Origin: Camelus ferus
Lineage: Eukaryota
DNA length: 64,000 nucleotides
Reading direction: 5' to 3'
NCBI RefSeq assembly: GCF_009834535.1
Contig: NC_045696.1
Location: 28,708,001-28,772,000 of the forward strand
Position numbers and translations under genes: made by a program. Shown here piece after piece: positions 39,172-53,187 of this stretch (positions are counted from its first letter, which is position 1; the number at the start of each line of letters is the position of its first letter). The notes under the pieces are model-generated. The model saw only the letters and a list, made by a program, of their open reading frames with translations. It did no database searches and was not told the DNA's origin.

Positions 39172-39410
39172 AATAATAGCTTCCATTTAAAGGGTACCAA
39201 TGCATGAAGTGCTGTTACGAGGTCTTTATTCGGCATGACTTCTATAATGTCCACAAGAGTGCTCTGAATTGGAAGTATCAGTATTATTCTTGTTCTATTT
39301 GAGGATCTGAGGCAAGGAATCATTAAGTAACATGACTGAAGTCCTCACAGTACGAAGCATGAGAGTACTCATTTGAACAAAGGCTGCCTGACCCCAGAGT
39401 CTGAGCACAA
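39172..39410 (-). mobile_element. MIR
   Basis: TGAGGATCTGAGGC..TTAAGTAACATGACTGAAGTCCTCACAG..ATTTGAAC..GCCTGACCCCAGAGTC. Confidence 0.8.
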
Positions 39411-41726
39411 TGATGTCTTGTCATTGTTAATGTATTCTGACAATTTCATTTTATTCAATTCTATTCTATTTTATCAAATCCCTTCTATAAAAATTTATTC
39501 TATCAAAAACCACTATTATAGAACACAGAAAATAGAATATTTAGTCTGTATCCCCACTAGAGGAAACTATTAAAAATACATTAATATCACCTTCTTGATA
39601 TGAATGAAAAATTGAAACATTGCTCCCCATTTTGATCATCTTAGATATTCTACTTTACTCCCAATATACATTGTCTAGGTTGCATAAGGTACTTGGTATT
39701 CATAAATTTAAAGTATAAATATTATACTCAAACTAAAATTAGTAAGTCGTATGAATTGTTTGATTCTAAGCAAGTGTTAATTGCATGTTTGAATATGTTT
39801 ATAAATTTGCCATATATGCAGGATTCTCCTCACTGTTAAAGCATTGTTCAGTGAATTTTGATTTAAATCAGTCTTTCTGTTTAGATAGTCTAAACAGTTT
39901 GTTAGAAATCTTCTGAACCATTCTGAAAGGAAGTAATACATAGTGATTTTCGCTGAATACTCCAACATATTCACATTTTTAAAACATTAGGATTACAACT
40001 CTTTTGTCAGTTATTAAAGCAAAGGGTGTTATACAGGCTAAAATTGTCTAGAAAAAGAGTTGAGCTTAATTCATCACTTTCAATATACTAAATGATAGAT
40101 ATAAAGTTTGCTAAAATATAGGAATTGTGGGGAGGAAAATATTATAAATCAGGAGAACACAGTATGACAGAAGAGCACATTTAGAATGTTGATGAAATTG
40201 GGATGTGTCTTGGGATATATAGTGAATATTCATTCACCCAAGAAAAAAACTCATCTAATCTTCATCTAATAATTCAGCATTTTAATCACATGGCTAGATC
40301 TGAATTAATATGTTTACCAAGGATATGCATTTTAATTTTACTTAACCCCATCATAATTTGATCCAAAAAAGGAATGATTTTATTCTGCTGAGTATTTGGC
40401 ACTTTCTTCATTTATACAAATGAAAGCTTAGGTATCAGAAATTGACTTTGGGTTTTATACAAAGTCTAGTCTCTTTACATTGGTGTTAAATTGCTATATT
40501 AATAGTATAAAATATTTTTGAAATATTGTAGAAAGTAGCTGAAATAGTAGTATTTCTTAATGGAAGCTTTTTATTCTCTCATAATTTCTAGAAAATTGTA
40601 TGGTTTGTGATATAGTAGATGATTTTTAATTCTACGTGTGGAAAAAAAGTGCTTTTAGGTAAGATTATACTTGAGAATTAAATTAAGGAAAATCTAATAA
40701 GCACTGACTTAGTAAACAAAGAAGGAATAAAGCATCTTTGTAACCAGCAAATTAAATCTTTCTTAATTCAGATTACCAGATCTTACAGACTTAGGGTTAC
40801 ATTTGGAGGTAAATATTAAAAATATAAAACAGCTTTTATTTGTCGCTGTTGATGGAACTTGATGAACTTTGATTCCAGGCACCTCTCCACTAAAGCTGAA
40901 ATTTTTTATTTTTTTGATATTCAAAACTTCTATCACAAGAAATAAAAATGCCCTTAAACATTTTTTTTTAAATCATCTGGCTGTTTTGTTTAGCCTTTAT
41001 TCGAACAGGAATAAACAAAACAAGCAGTGCCCTAGGTCTCTGCCCTTCTTAATAATTCAAAATTAGTCCTTAGTAATTACACTGCTTCCTAACCTTGGAC
41101 AAGGAATTCATTATGGTTTAAATGGGATTATTTTTATTTTGAAGGCAGAGTGGGGATGGAACAAGGTTTCAATGACATTATGCCAAATGAATAATATCCT
41201 ACAGAAAAAGAAACAGTGAAATTAAAAAAAAAAATCTAAGTTTAAAAGTCTGTTTTACAACTGAGAAATCCTGCCTCTCACTATTAGTTAGCATTGATGT
41301 TTCCCAGTGTTCTTATGTAAATTATAATAAAAGTGTTATTTTTAAAAGTAGTTTTGATGGTTTAATAAAATGTTATATTTTAAAAACATATTGTAAACCA
41401 TAAAGCATTATGAAACTATACTCTAGCCATAACACAGTTAATTGAGTCCAAATTTCCCAAATGAAGCAAACTAATGAAAAAAATACAAAAATATACACAG
41501 AAAATTATATGGGATGATCAAAGAAAGTCAAAGAATAAAATTTTAATACATAAATCTAGCAGCAACATTAATTGAGCATGAAAGTGATGAAAATAAAAGA
41601 TCATATTTGAGAATAGTAAGTTACTATTTCAGACATTGTAAAGTCAGGGCAACATTTTTCATTTGTAATTTATTCATCTAAAGTATACTATTTGTTCCTT
41701 GAGATTGAATTGTAAAAACTTCTATG

Positions 41727-41937
41727 TAGAGATATTTTTTCTTTCTATTAGCTCACTGAATGATGTAAAGAAGTTGTTTTGATAGATTATGGAAGAATAG
41801 AAATATTCTTAAATTATAGTTTATGATTGCTTTCTAACCTTACTCTTTCTAGGAATCTCTTTCTTCTGTGTATGCTTAAAATGTCACAGAAAAGATGTCA
41901 ACCTTTTTTAATCTCTGATCTTAAAACAGGTGCTGCT
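41727..41937 (+). repeat. Copy 1 of a diverged ~210-bp direct duplication (partner 44252-44456)
   Basis: Shared collinear blocks TTTTTCTTTCTATTAG, TATTCTTAAATTATA, TTTCTAGGAA, AAGAT(G/A)TCAACCT, TCTCTGA(T/C)CTT(A/G)AAACA. Confidence 0.85.
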
Positions 41938-42154
41938 GATATGAATTGTGCATCTGTCATTTAATGACAATATTATCTGATGCATGGACCTGAATGTTGT
42001 GTTCTGGGTTCTGGAGAGATGTGTGTAGAAGGCCGAGATTGTGCATTTTAGGATGTACATAAGGTCAACAGCAGAAATGAAGAAAATGCACATTCCAGCT
42101 CACTCTTCTGGCTTCACACTTTGCAAATTATTTTTCAAACATATATATTTGCTG

Positions 42155-42632
42155 TGTAAAATAAAATTTATATTTTACGGCCAGACACAAAAATTTAAAC
42201 ATAAAAATAAATTTTTCTCTGCCTTTTGGCCTCTTCTCTCCCTGTATTGTGCACCGTGCACCTGCATTATGCATTGACCAAACCTCCCCATTAACAGGAA
42301 TACCTGCTCAACCATAAAGAATAACATTCTCCCAGCACCAACAGGACAGCTCATTAAAAGATAATATTTCTTCTTGATCTTCTAAGGAATCACATGACCC
42401 ACCGAGATGATGCTTAGATCTGAATTATGTAAACTGTCAATAATACGTCATTTGATGTACAGCTCTCTGTCTCAAAAAACCTTATATAACTAGGCTAGAT
42501 TTCTAATCAGTGGAACAGTTCTCGGAGCTCTCTGGGATGCTCTTCCTCAAATTGAGGTTATAATCCTCAAATTTGGCTCAAATAAAATTTTCCATGTCTT
42601 TCTTAGATCGACTGATTAATTTTTCATCAACA
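42155..42632 (+). mobile_element. ERV1-class solo LTR
   Basis: TGTAAAAT...TCATCAACA; perfect TSD GCTG (42151-42154, 42633-42636); TATATAA ~42484, AATAAA ~42581. Confidence 0.9.
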
Positions 42633-42701
42633 GCTGCAACGCCTGTTTGTAGTATACCCTGCTTTTATATATTTACTTCAATGTCTTATTTAAATTAATA
42701 T

Positions 42702-43064
42702 TATTATGGGCTGAATTGTGACCATCCACATTCTTATGCTGAAGTTCCAAATCTCAGTACCTCAGAATGTGATTGTATTTGGAGATAGTGTCTTTAAAGA
42801 GATAATGAAAGTAAAATGAAATTATTAGTGTGGGCCTTTATAAGAAGAAGAGATTAGGACAAGGACAGACACAAAGGGAAGATAAAGTTCAGATAAAGAG
42901 AAGAGAGTCATCTACAAGCCAAGGAGAATGGCTCCAAAGAAGCCAACGCTGCTAACACCTTGAGCTCAGATTTACAGTCTCCAGAATCATGGGAAAAGAA
43001 ATCTTTGTTGTTGAATCCATCAAGTCTGTGGTACTTTGTTATAGTATCTCTAGAAAACAAATAC
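42702..43064 (+). mobile_element. MLT1B-like MaLR solo LTR
   Basis: TATTATGGGCTGAATTGTG..CAGTACCTCAGAATGTGATTGTATTTGGAGATAG..AGTCTGTGGTACTTTGTTATAG..AAACAAATACA. Confidence 0.9.
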
Positions 43065-44251
43065 AAATAACAATAAGTCAAATAAGATATACTTGATTAG
43101 TTCCCACATTTGTTGGTCTTCTAATTTTTTGTTTCTTTTCTTACAAGAATCTCTAGACTAATCCAAATGTTTCACGATGGCATTTATTACCTAAACTAAA
43201 AAATACAGTAAATACGGCTTGTTACTATCAAGGACAGTCACAATGAGTTCATAAATCCCAGAGAACTGAAATGACCAAAAGCTACTACTTTCTGAATCAA
43301 GGCCCAGTGAAATTTTATACATAATGCTGCACTTATTATTGTTTGACATATTGGTAAATATGTTTGACATTGTTTGTCTTCAGTGTTAGAAATGTCCTCA
43401 ATTATGAAAAGTCTCAATTCACAGAATTTTATAAAACTTATTATTCCAAATACCGTAAGAAAATCAATTAACCTATCCTAAGGAAATTCATGAGAATTTT
43501 TTTGGTATTTCTTATCTTCAAGTTAAAAAAATGCAACTTTACCATCATATTTATCAGATGCTGGAAAACTATAAATATTTACTAACTGAAAGAAATAAGC
43601 AGTTTTACTATTCAAAACGACTGAGAATTCCACTGTTAACATGTATAGAAAAGAACAGTCGTGAGTGGAAAGTTTTTACCTGGATTTTGGATGCTCATTT
43701 TACACTTTGGGCTGTAACTATTTTTCTATTAAGTATCAAATAAAATGATGAGGGTCTAGAGTCTAGAGGATCAGTCAGGGTGGGTCAGGGTCACAGTGTG
43801 AAAGAAAATGTGTGTTTGACTAGAAAAATGATCGGATGCATTAGCATGGTAGGAGAATTTAGGACTAATTTTCCCTAAAATGTCAAAACACAGAGAATGC
43901 CCTTTAACTTTCTAGGCAGCAGTGTAGAGGGGTTATTCATGCTGATGGAACAGGGAAAGCGGAGCAGGCACAAGGGTCGGTGAGCAGAACAAAAGGGTCA
44001 TTTGAGTCCTGGCATAGCATGGGTTATTAGAATGCTTCTCAGTCAAATACTCAATAGAAAGAGGTACTAATTAACAAAATTAAAAGTAAAACATCCTAAG
44101 ACTAACATCTCTAAAAGAAAGAAGGCACAAAGTAGCACCACTTCAAGGCCTACTAAAAGAGCACCACACAGTAGAGGCAGGTTTTCCAGCAGAATCGAGG
44201 AACAGCTATGATTCAACAGCAAGTGAACTAGAACTCCAAAAAATGCCACCT

Positions 44252-44456
44252 GGAGACATTTTTTTCTTTCTATTAGTTCAGTGAATGCTTTAAAGATATT
44301 ATTCCACATTTTAGGGAATGGTGGAATTATTCTTAAATTATAACCAATAATCATTTTTCAAGTTTACTATTTCTAGGAACTTTTTTCTTCTACATATGCT
44401 GAAATTCTTACAGCGAAGATATCAACCTCTGTCTCTGACCTTGAAACAAATGCTGT
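44252..44456 (+). repeat. Copy 2 of the diverged ~210-bp direct duplication
   Basis: Collinear with 41727-41937. Confidence 0.85.
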
Positions 44457-47183
44457 GGGGACAGGAGCGAGCCAGAGGCCTACAGTATTTTTCATTCTGT
44501 TGTGACTCTATTGTACCATCCACTTTGGTAGAGCCAGCCCATTTATATAGGCAGTTTCACTGTCAATAATTTAACAACACCCTATGTTCAAAATCAATTT
44601 GAAGTTCAAATACTACTTTAGAAAAATTTCCTTTTGCAATTAAGAAAAAAAAAGTCAGTACCCTACAATGATTTTTACAACTGTTCTGGCATTTTAATCC
44701 TGTATTCCCTTTTGGATAAACTGTCTATCTTGTCAGAGCCTGGTTTACACTGGGCCACCATAACATGTTTATGTAACATAATTATATCCTGAATTCAGCT
44801 GCCAGCTGATTACATTTTCATTCATAACCCATCTCAACTGCTGTGCTCATTATTCTAGGTTAAAAAGGCTTTAGATAAAGAAAATCTTCATTTACTCACA
44901 TGAAATTAGACCTGAATTTTGAATTCCATTAACCCATTCTTAAGCTTAACCAATACTAACACAAGAAATCATTTAAAACTCATTGATACTCATTCTATAC
45001 AAAGCAAAATATGTAAATTAAGTGGTATTAAGGCTTTTGAAATACTACTTGGTAACAGCATTTTTAAGATGTTGCCTCTATTCCTTTTTGCAAGGAAAAA
45101 AATACTTTCAATTACCAGGAACACGTAAGAGCAAATTCTGTATCTTTTATTACTTATGTCTTCTCTTTCCCCAGGGTCTCAAGTTATCAAAGTGACTTAA
45201 TAACAACCCATTTTAACAGGATTTGATTATTTTGGGTTATTACTTGGGTAGTGCAATTATCAAGGGAATGTTATATAATATTAAAACTGAAAGACTTTCT
45301 GAGAAAGAAAACTAACTTGATTTTCATTTCCTTAAATATTGTCCATAAAAAATGTGAATTTACACATGCTATTTTGGATTTCAGTAGGGGGAGTCATTTA
45401 TCACTTTGGGTTTTTGTAAATATATATTTAGGTCAGCTGACCTTAATGGCTTGACTAAATTTCAACTTATATAATCACTATTTGCCTCTGCAAATCACCC
45501 CTTTAATTAAAATTGCATAACATAGCCCCATTTTCATGGCTTAAATTATGCCAATTTTTTTGAGTCATTAAACTTTATCAAGGATCGGCCATGCTTCTGA
45601 TACAGGAGTTTTACAGGTTTACTTCTAAATCATATAACTGATGAGTTGGGACATTCTGCTGCAGCAGGTTTGTACAAATGATCCTCAGAAAATATAAAAG
45701 CATGCCATTTTTATAACCCACTAGTACAGACAAGCAGTATCTATCATCCATACCCCTATCCTCACCTAAATTATGACACTTTTGCTTTCCAAATGCCTAT
45801 ATTGTTTAATTTTTTATGGAAATGTGTTGTTTATTTAATTAGAAAAGTAATTGCTTTTAATTATGTTAGAATCAGGCTAATTTCTAAGACATTATCAATC
45901 CATTCTTCCCAAATCATTGTTATAAAAGAATCCCTGTGTTAAATGTTAAATATAATGTATTTGAAACTCAAATATAACAGAATTTGTGAACAGTCTGAAA
46001 TATTTGAGCACAGGAAGAAGTATAGAGAGATATATACTGTGCTTTTATGTGAATGTTTAATAGTGAGAAAATTATCTCACAAAAGCAATAGCAAAATTTC
46101 TTTAAAAAACCACTTTTACTGTCTCTCCTTCCAAAGTTTTATACCATGTAGCATCAGATCCAGTCACTCTGTAGAGGGTCTCTGGCTCTGCTGTCTTACT
46201 GCCTCCGTACTAGGGTGTTCTTTCATTTTCTCTGTGTTTTCCCATTCACAGCTGCCTATGCACAGACCCCTGCTCCTTGTCACTATTCTAGTTGCCCTTT
46301 ACTGGCATCTAAATACTAAATACCTGACAGATGTCATTGGCACCCCTCTTTCATCTATTGTCCTTGCTGCTTAAAGAGTAACCTTTCAGGATTGTCACAT
46401 TCCTATTACAAAACTGAGCGTGACATGCGTTTTTTGCTTTCTCACTTTTTTTTCATTTGTTTTACAAGAAATTGAGGGCTTGAGCTTATTTACACATACA
46501 AAGGGGGAGGTAGCCAAGAGAATAAGGGGGACTGAAAATATAAATGAGAAAGGTGATAAATGGAAAAAGATCCCAGAGGAAAGGGAGGAGAAATTATTCT
46601 GAACTCTGATGAGAAACTAGCTTTAGGCAAGAGAAAATGTGTGACATAGATGCTATCATAAGAAGGAAAGGGAGAAGCTCACGTAAGATATCCTCGTCTT
46701 CTTAGGGAGGCAAAGAAGCAAATGATCTCTTAGAAGTGAAGAAAATAATAGTAGATTTTTGTTGACTTGCAAGGAATAAAATAGACCACTGAAGTGTATA
46801 TCAGATATAAGTGAAAGCAAATACTCCCAAGGCTGCATCACATAATTGGACAGAAATCACGTTGCTTTTTTTGTAACAATCACAAATCCTCAGCTCATTC
46901 AGGAAAAAAAGAGACCAATATTGTTGGCTTTATAATCAGGTCAGTACTGCCTCCCATATCACTTTTTTATCTCACTGTACTTCATCACAGGATTTGAAAT
47001 CATCCACAACTTCAAGGACAATGGTATCCAGGAAAGTTAGTATTTAGTGGTCCAGCCTGTCCAGAAAAGAGATTTTAGACAGAGGTTGACATTGATTTTG
47101 AACAACACTTTAATGTAATTTAAATTTCAATAATCTTCACCTTCAAATGCTAGTTCAGATTCTCTACCCTCCTACAGAATCCC

Positions 47184-47724
47184 TGTATTAGAGTTCTCCA
47201 GAAAAATAGAACCAATAGGATACATGACTAATATACATACACGTGTGTGCATGTGTATGACCCTAATACAAGAATTCTGTAGAAAGCTCGATTTAAGGAG
47301 GTATATTAAAGGAATTGTCTCACATGACTGTGAAGACCTCCCATCTGCAAGGTAGAGAAACAAGAAAATCAGCGGTGTTATGCAGCCCAAGTCTAACGGC
47401 CTGTGATTGGAGGGGGATGGTCTCAGTCCTAGTCTGAGTCTGAAACCTGACAAACAGAAGAGATGATGTCCATGGGTAGGAGAAGATGGAGTCTCAGCTC
47501 AAGCAGAGAGGAAATTTACTCTTTTTCCACTTTTGGTTCTATTTAGGCCCTAAATGGGTTGGGTAGTGCCCACATTTGTGAGGCTGATCTTTACTCAGTC
47601 CTACTGATTCAAATGCTAATCTCTTCCAGAGAAACCCTTACAGACATACCCAGAAATAATGTTTTACTAGTTATCTGGGTATCCTTAAGCCCTGTCAGGT
47701 TGACACATAAAATTAACCATCAAA
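47184..47724 (-). mobile_element. MLT2 (ERVL) solo LTR
   Basis: TGTATTAGAGTTCTCCAGAAAAATAGAACCAATAGGATA ... CTGATTCAAATGCTAATCTCTTCCAG ... GTTGACACATAAAATTAACCATCA. Confidence 0.93.
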
Positions 47725-50700
47725 ATTCCCACTGGGTGTTTCTATGCAAACTCCATCTGGCACTTCTACTTTCACCGGGGGGGGAGTCCAAGTCCTCTCT
47801 CCAGGCGCTGCTTCTTTCCAGCATGATGGTGACGCTCGTGCGTAAAAGCCTTTATGGCAACAAAGCTTCGCAGTAAAGAATTCTCAAAGAACTGCTGTTG
47901 CTCCCCATATTTGATAACTGAACAAACCGTGTTAAACAGAGATCTATTCTTAGTTAAGTTACATAAGGACCTAAAGTTAAGAAACATAGGATGTATTTTC
48001 TTATGGTTAGGCCAAGAGATGTAGGTTGATGATGGTACCATGCTGCATTCAGCATCACTACCCTACTCTTATGTTCAAGGCTTTCCTGCTGACCCAAGCT
48101 CATTACACATGGATACTTCTTGCCTGAAAATCACTGTCCCAGGAAGCAAGCATATCAGAATTAATACAGATATACAAAGTTCTGGCAAGTCTACTCTACT
48201 AGTGTTCCAGACAATAGAGAAATGTGATTTCTATGACATCATACCAAAAACCCAAATGCATATGTCAGATAGTCCCCCTTATCCTAAATATTCCATTCCT
48301 TTGTTCCTAGCAGCTGAAACTTCAGGCCATCAATATCTCTATATTTATATTTATACTTAACTATTATTGTTTTCATTCTCTTGCCACAGTTGAATCAAAA
48401 AGAAACCTTATAGTCATCAGTCTGCAGAAAAGATGAGTATTGGTTGTTGAAGAGCTGAGGTACTCAGGAAACTCCATAAAAAGAAAATGCCAAACACTGG
48501 GAAGGGAGAGAGGTTGTCCATATATTCAAGGGTCTTAGAGTCCAGCAGAGAAGTTTATTTCAGCTCTATTGCTAACTTCCCACTCTTCAAAGAAAAGTGA
48601 ACTAAAGTGCAGAAAAGCAAATAGGGAACTTTCCTCACACAAGGGAAGTAAGAATGTGTATTTTGTGTTCCTTTTGTATTCCTTTATTTGGCAAAAAGCA
48701 ATTAAGCAGGTGAGAGACAACCCCACGGAAACACAGAAAAGAAGAGGAAATCTGTCTAAAACATCTGTTTGAAAATTCTGAAGTCAGAAGATTAAAGATT
48801 GATAAAGAGAACTATTCTCTGTAATTGGTTTAACACCTGCTCACTGAATTCCCCTAATGCTCTTGTGCTGCGTCGTGTTCTCCAAATCATGGATAATTCT
48901 GCCAATCAGGAAATCACTTAAATGAGGCCAAAACACCTTGTGGCAAAAACAGCAGCAATAAAACTGCAGGGACCAGAAAATACTTAACACTGAAGATGTA
49001 AAAATGAAGAACTTAACACAGACTTTCATTTATGTTTTTTTTACAGTCCTTAAGTGTTCCTTGTCTTGCTAATTTATTTTCAACAGAAAAGACAGATTCT
49101 ATTTTTCTATTGAGACCCCCCTTTTTCCTTTCTCTCTTGAGATATACCTAAGATATATTCCTAGGTTTATAAGCAGAAACTGCAAGAGTAATATTTGCTT
49201 CATATCATTATTTTCAACACGTTCTTTCTGTAATTCTGCTTAGCTGGCTCATAGTGTCACATCTGAAACAAAGAAGTTAGAGGAGAAAAATGTTCAGCTT
49301 CCAAAATTAGTTTATATTTAAAAAAACATTAGATGAGTTTTAAAGACAATTTATAAATTTAAATTTCCAGATGTCAAAATTTTTTTTGACAAATTGTTTA
49401 GAAAAAATGCTGTTCATGTGGCAGTTTTATGTATTTATATTTTCCATTTTAGCATAAAATGACTACTGAAATTTCAGCATGAATCTCAGCATTCCGTTGA
49501 CCTCTGCTTTTGACCAAAGATAAATATGAAATCATGTGTAAATATTTTTTCTAATCTTGTAACTGCTTTGACTATTTTAATTCTGTTTAAATAATGGTTT
49601 ATTTGTTTGGTTTTTCAGATACTGTTAACAAATGGTAACCAGGCAACAATGCAGAAACAGAAAATCTCTCCTACCAAGCATTGACATTTTAAGGAGATTA
49701 AACATGAGTTTCACTTTTGACTCTATTAATAATTTTGCTAATTTTCTCACAAAAAGGTATATTTATACTTGAAGACTCTAAATTGACAGCATTTGCAGTT
49801 TATTTTTCAGAAATGAAAAAATAATAGGAAACAGCAAAAAATTACATTTTGGCATAAATTACTTCTAGTTGTCATAGCTGTTTCAGTTGGTGGGACTATA
49901 AAAGACTGGTGTCATATTTTGGATTTTGAATTATGTTAATTTCTGAAATGTTTCCAAGATTTGTAGGCTTAAAAGTTTAAAAGCCTTTAAAGATGTGACT
50001 CCAAGTATGAGAAAGAGTTACATTCTCTGCAACTAGTTGAGCCCTTCAGGCCAATAAATTTGATCCGGAGTCAGCTGTCAGCTAATATAACAAACACTGA
50101 ACCTGATGTCAGAATCACCGTCTTCTGGTCATGGCACTGCCGTTTTATCTCTAAATTCTATTTTATCATCAGCAAAAGTGAAGAATTAAATTGAAGTTGG
50201 GTTTTATATCATGTCAATATCACACGTATTTACTTCCTTCAAGTTGGTCTTGCGAGACAATGTCTTATCATGTGTGTTCAACACAGGCCCACAGTTAACA
50301 CACAAGAGAGTCGTGTTGCTCTACTCAACCGGATTCTCATTTCTCTGGGTATATCAAAGACTCTCAGGGTTTTGAAAAGTGATTGATCAAGAATGGGAAC
50401 AAACTTTACTGACCCATCTCTAAAATGGATGGTGAGTGACAATTCTACAATATTCCTGGCTGGCATCCCTGTTTAAGTGTGTGAGTACACTGGACTGGTA
50501 CTTGACCTCCGCTCTCTCTCCATCCTAACTTACACTCCAGGAACACTGCTAGGGCTTGCTTCCTGCCTCCGTGCTGTCAGTTTCCAGAGATGGCATTTAT
50601 CCAGTTCTGATGTAAAAAGACTCCTCATGTAGTTAAGGAAGGAAACTGGGATTGTGTGTACTTCTGTTGACATATACATTTATTGGCATTGCAATTGTTA

Positions 50701-51946
50701 GCCAGTTAACCACAACTATAGCATGCCCTGTTTGGTCCTGATCATGTGTACTTTACTTTACACAAGAAAATCTCATGCAGTGTAGTAAGGTATTATTTTG
50801 GAAAGAGTAGTGAGATTTGGGAGACCTTTTATCACCATCCATATTTTACCTCTTTGAAAGTGAAGTGGCAAAATGCAAGTCCAGCCACTGCCTTCTGTTG
50901 GCTTTTTCATGAGCTTAGGACTATGGCAGTGGCTTATATATAGACAAATCCTTAATTAGATTACACAATTAAACAAAAAAATAGCATTGCATATGCATAG
51001 ACATTCTGCTTCACTTTTAGAATATCTCAACTTCTTATATAAATCTTTCAAAATAGGTATTATTCAGTCATCTGAGGGCCAGATAATGAAGTAAATTGCC
51101 CTTAGTTACAATGCTAGTTAGTGACAAAGATGACATTACAGTCCGTATACAACCAAGATCAAATCATTTAATCCCTCTGGACTTTAGGGTTCTCATCTTC
51201 ATGATGCAGGGAAGGAGCCAGGTTATCATATGGTTGTTTTCTCTCCTATATTTGCCATCATTCTCTTCAGAGCACCATGAAATGTGATCAAAGAATGTCA
51301 CTTGAGTACTTCCTCATATCTCTCTCATCCTATACCTTTGCTCCTAGGGTCTCCTCTCTAGATTTAAGACCTATTAGAAATACTTTGTTTTACAATCAAT
51401 TAAAATCAGTATCAGGGTACAAATAATTGAGTTGGCATAGCAAAGTTGTGGAAGGAATTGGGAATACTGAGGAAAAGACTGTACATTTAGAAATAATTTT
51501 TGAAAATTCACTTTTCATCTAATTTAACTTAAAACAGGCTTATCTTGTGTCCAGACTAAAATTATAGGCCATTAGCAGTGGGAGAGAAAACAGTACCAAG
51601 ATCTCATTAAAATAACAGAATAGCTTAGGAAATAAAACGTCCACAAATTATTTTTAAAAGAGGGATCTTTTGTTGGCAAAGCTTAAAGACATATAAAATC
51701 AACAACCACTTTTGGCAATGTAACATTTCACTTCTGGTCCTTCTCCAAAAACTTCCACAGGCATGGGTCAGTGAAGTGAAAGGCAGCACAGTGTAGTGGA
51801 GTTTGGGCTTGGGAATCCAGAAGAAGCATTCTTCAGATAAAGAATATAGCCTCCTTTATCCCAGGGCTGCCATAAGAAATTGCGGCACACTTGGTAGCTT
51901 AAAACAACACAAAATTATTCTCTCACAGTTCTGTAGGCAGAAGTTC

Positions 51947-52465
51947 TGTAGTAGGGAAGAACAAATCTGACTCCATATTAGATCTGTTTCTTTAGCTCTA
52001 ACCCTGTGCTCTGTTTCCTGTGCTTAGTCATGCTGCTTCCGCATCTTTTGTAAAAGAATGTTGCCTATAGCCTGAAATATACAGGACAGCCCATCCTCAA
52101 GGCTCTGACCTTTAAGGGTGTAACACTTTCCCATTCACATAGAGATAAAAAGTTGCAGAACAGAGAGAAATATTTGTCTTGTTAGAGGTTTACAGGAACA
52201 TCATGACCTGACCTACATGGATAGCTGCAAGAACAAAGGATTCTGACACCAAGAAGTTTGCAACAGCCAACTATACCCACCTCCTTTTTAGTATAAAAGG
52301 AGCCTGAATTCTGACTTGGGGAAGATGGTTCTCTAGGACGTTAGTCTCCTATCTTCTCAGTCTGCTGGCTTTCTGAATAAAGTTGTTATTCCGTGCCCCA
52401 ACAGTGTGTCTCCCAATTTACTGGCCTGTTGTGTGGCTAGCAGAATGAGTTTGGACTTGGTAACC
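51947..52465 (+). mobile_element. ERV1-class solo LTR nested in MLT1C
   Basis: TGTAGTAGGGAAGAACAAATCTGACTCCAT ... TATAAAAG ~52292, AATAAA ~52376 ... GGACTTGGTAACC; TSD GTTC/ATTC. Confidence 0.9.
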
Positions 52466-52799
52466 ATTCCACATCAAGCTCTCGGGCAGCAAAACTGCCC
52501 CTAAAGTCTATAGGAGACAATCCTTCCTTGTCTCTTCCAGCTTCCAGTAGCTCCAGGTACTCTTTGGCTTGTGACTACATAACTGCAACCCCTGCCTCCA
52601 TCTTCACATGCCTTTTCTTCCTCCTCCCTGTGTATCTCTCCTTTTTCAAGGACACTTATTGCATTTAGGGCTCACATGGATAATCCAAGATGATCTCATG
52701 TTGAGATCCTTAACTAAATCTTCAAAGATCCTTTCCCAAATAAGTTCACAGTCACAGATTCCAAATGTTAGTACATGGAAATATATTTTGGAGAGCCAC

Positions 52800-53187
52800 T
52801 ATAATAATTTTGTGTAGCTGTCATAACAAAGCACTGCAGACTGAGTAGCTTAAGCAACAGAAATTTTTTTCCCCACCATTCTAGAGACTAGAAATCAGAG
52901 ATCAAAGTGTCAGAATGATTGGTTTCTTCTGAGGCCTCTCTCCTTGGCTTGTAGCTGGTCATGTTCTCCTTGTGTCTTCACATGGTCTTCCCTCTGTGCC
53001 TATCTGTGTCTAAATTTCCTCTTTTTAGAAAGATACCAGACCTATTAGATCAGGGCCACACACATAACCACATTTTACCCTAATTACATCTTTAAAGACC
53101 TTATCTTCCAATATAGTTAACATTCTGAAGCCCTTGGCATTAGAACTTCAGTGTATTAATTTTGGGGAACACATTCAGCCCAGAACA
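52800..53187 (-). mobile_element. MLT1B-like LTR nested in MLT1C
   Basis: GCTGTCATAACAAAGCACTGCAGACTG..TTCTGAGGCCTCTCTCCTTGGCTTGTAG..GGGGAACACATTCAGCCCAGAACA. Confidence 0.88.

Noticed and set aside
45150..45200. Acceptor-like TTCTCTTTCCCCAG|G
   Set aside because: Early stops follow and there is no supporting exon evidence.
45943..46374. Longest ORF in the track (143 aa)
   Set aside because: No recognisable domain, composition typical of AT-rich non-coding DNA, and no convincing splice context; a chance ORF.
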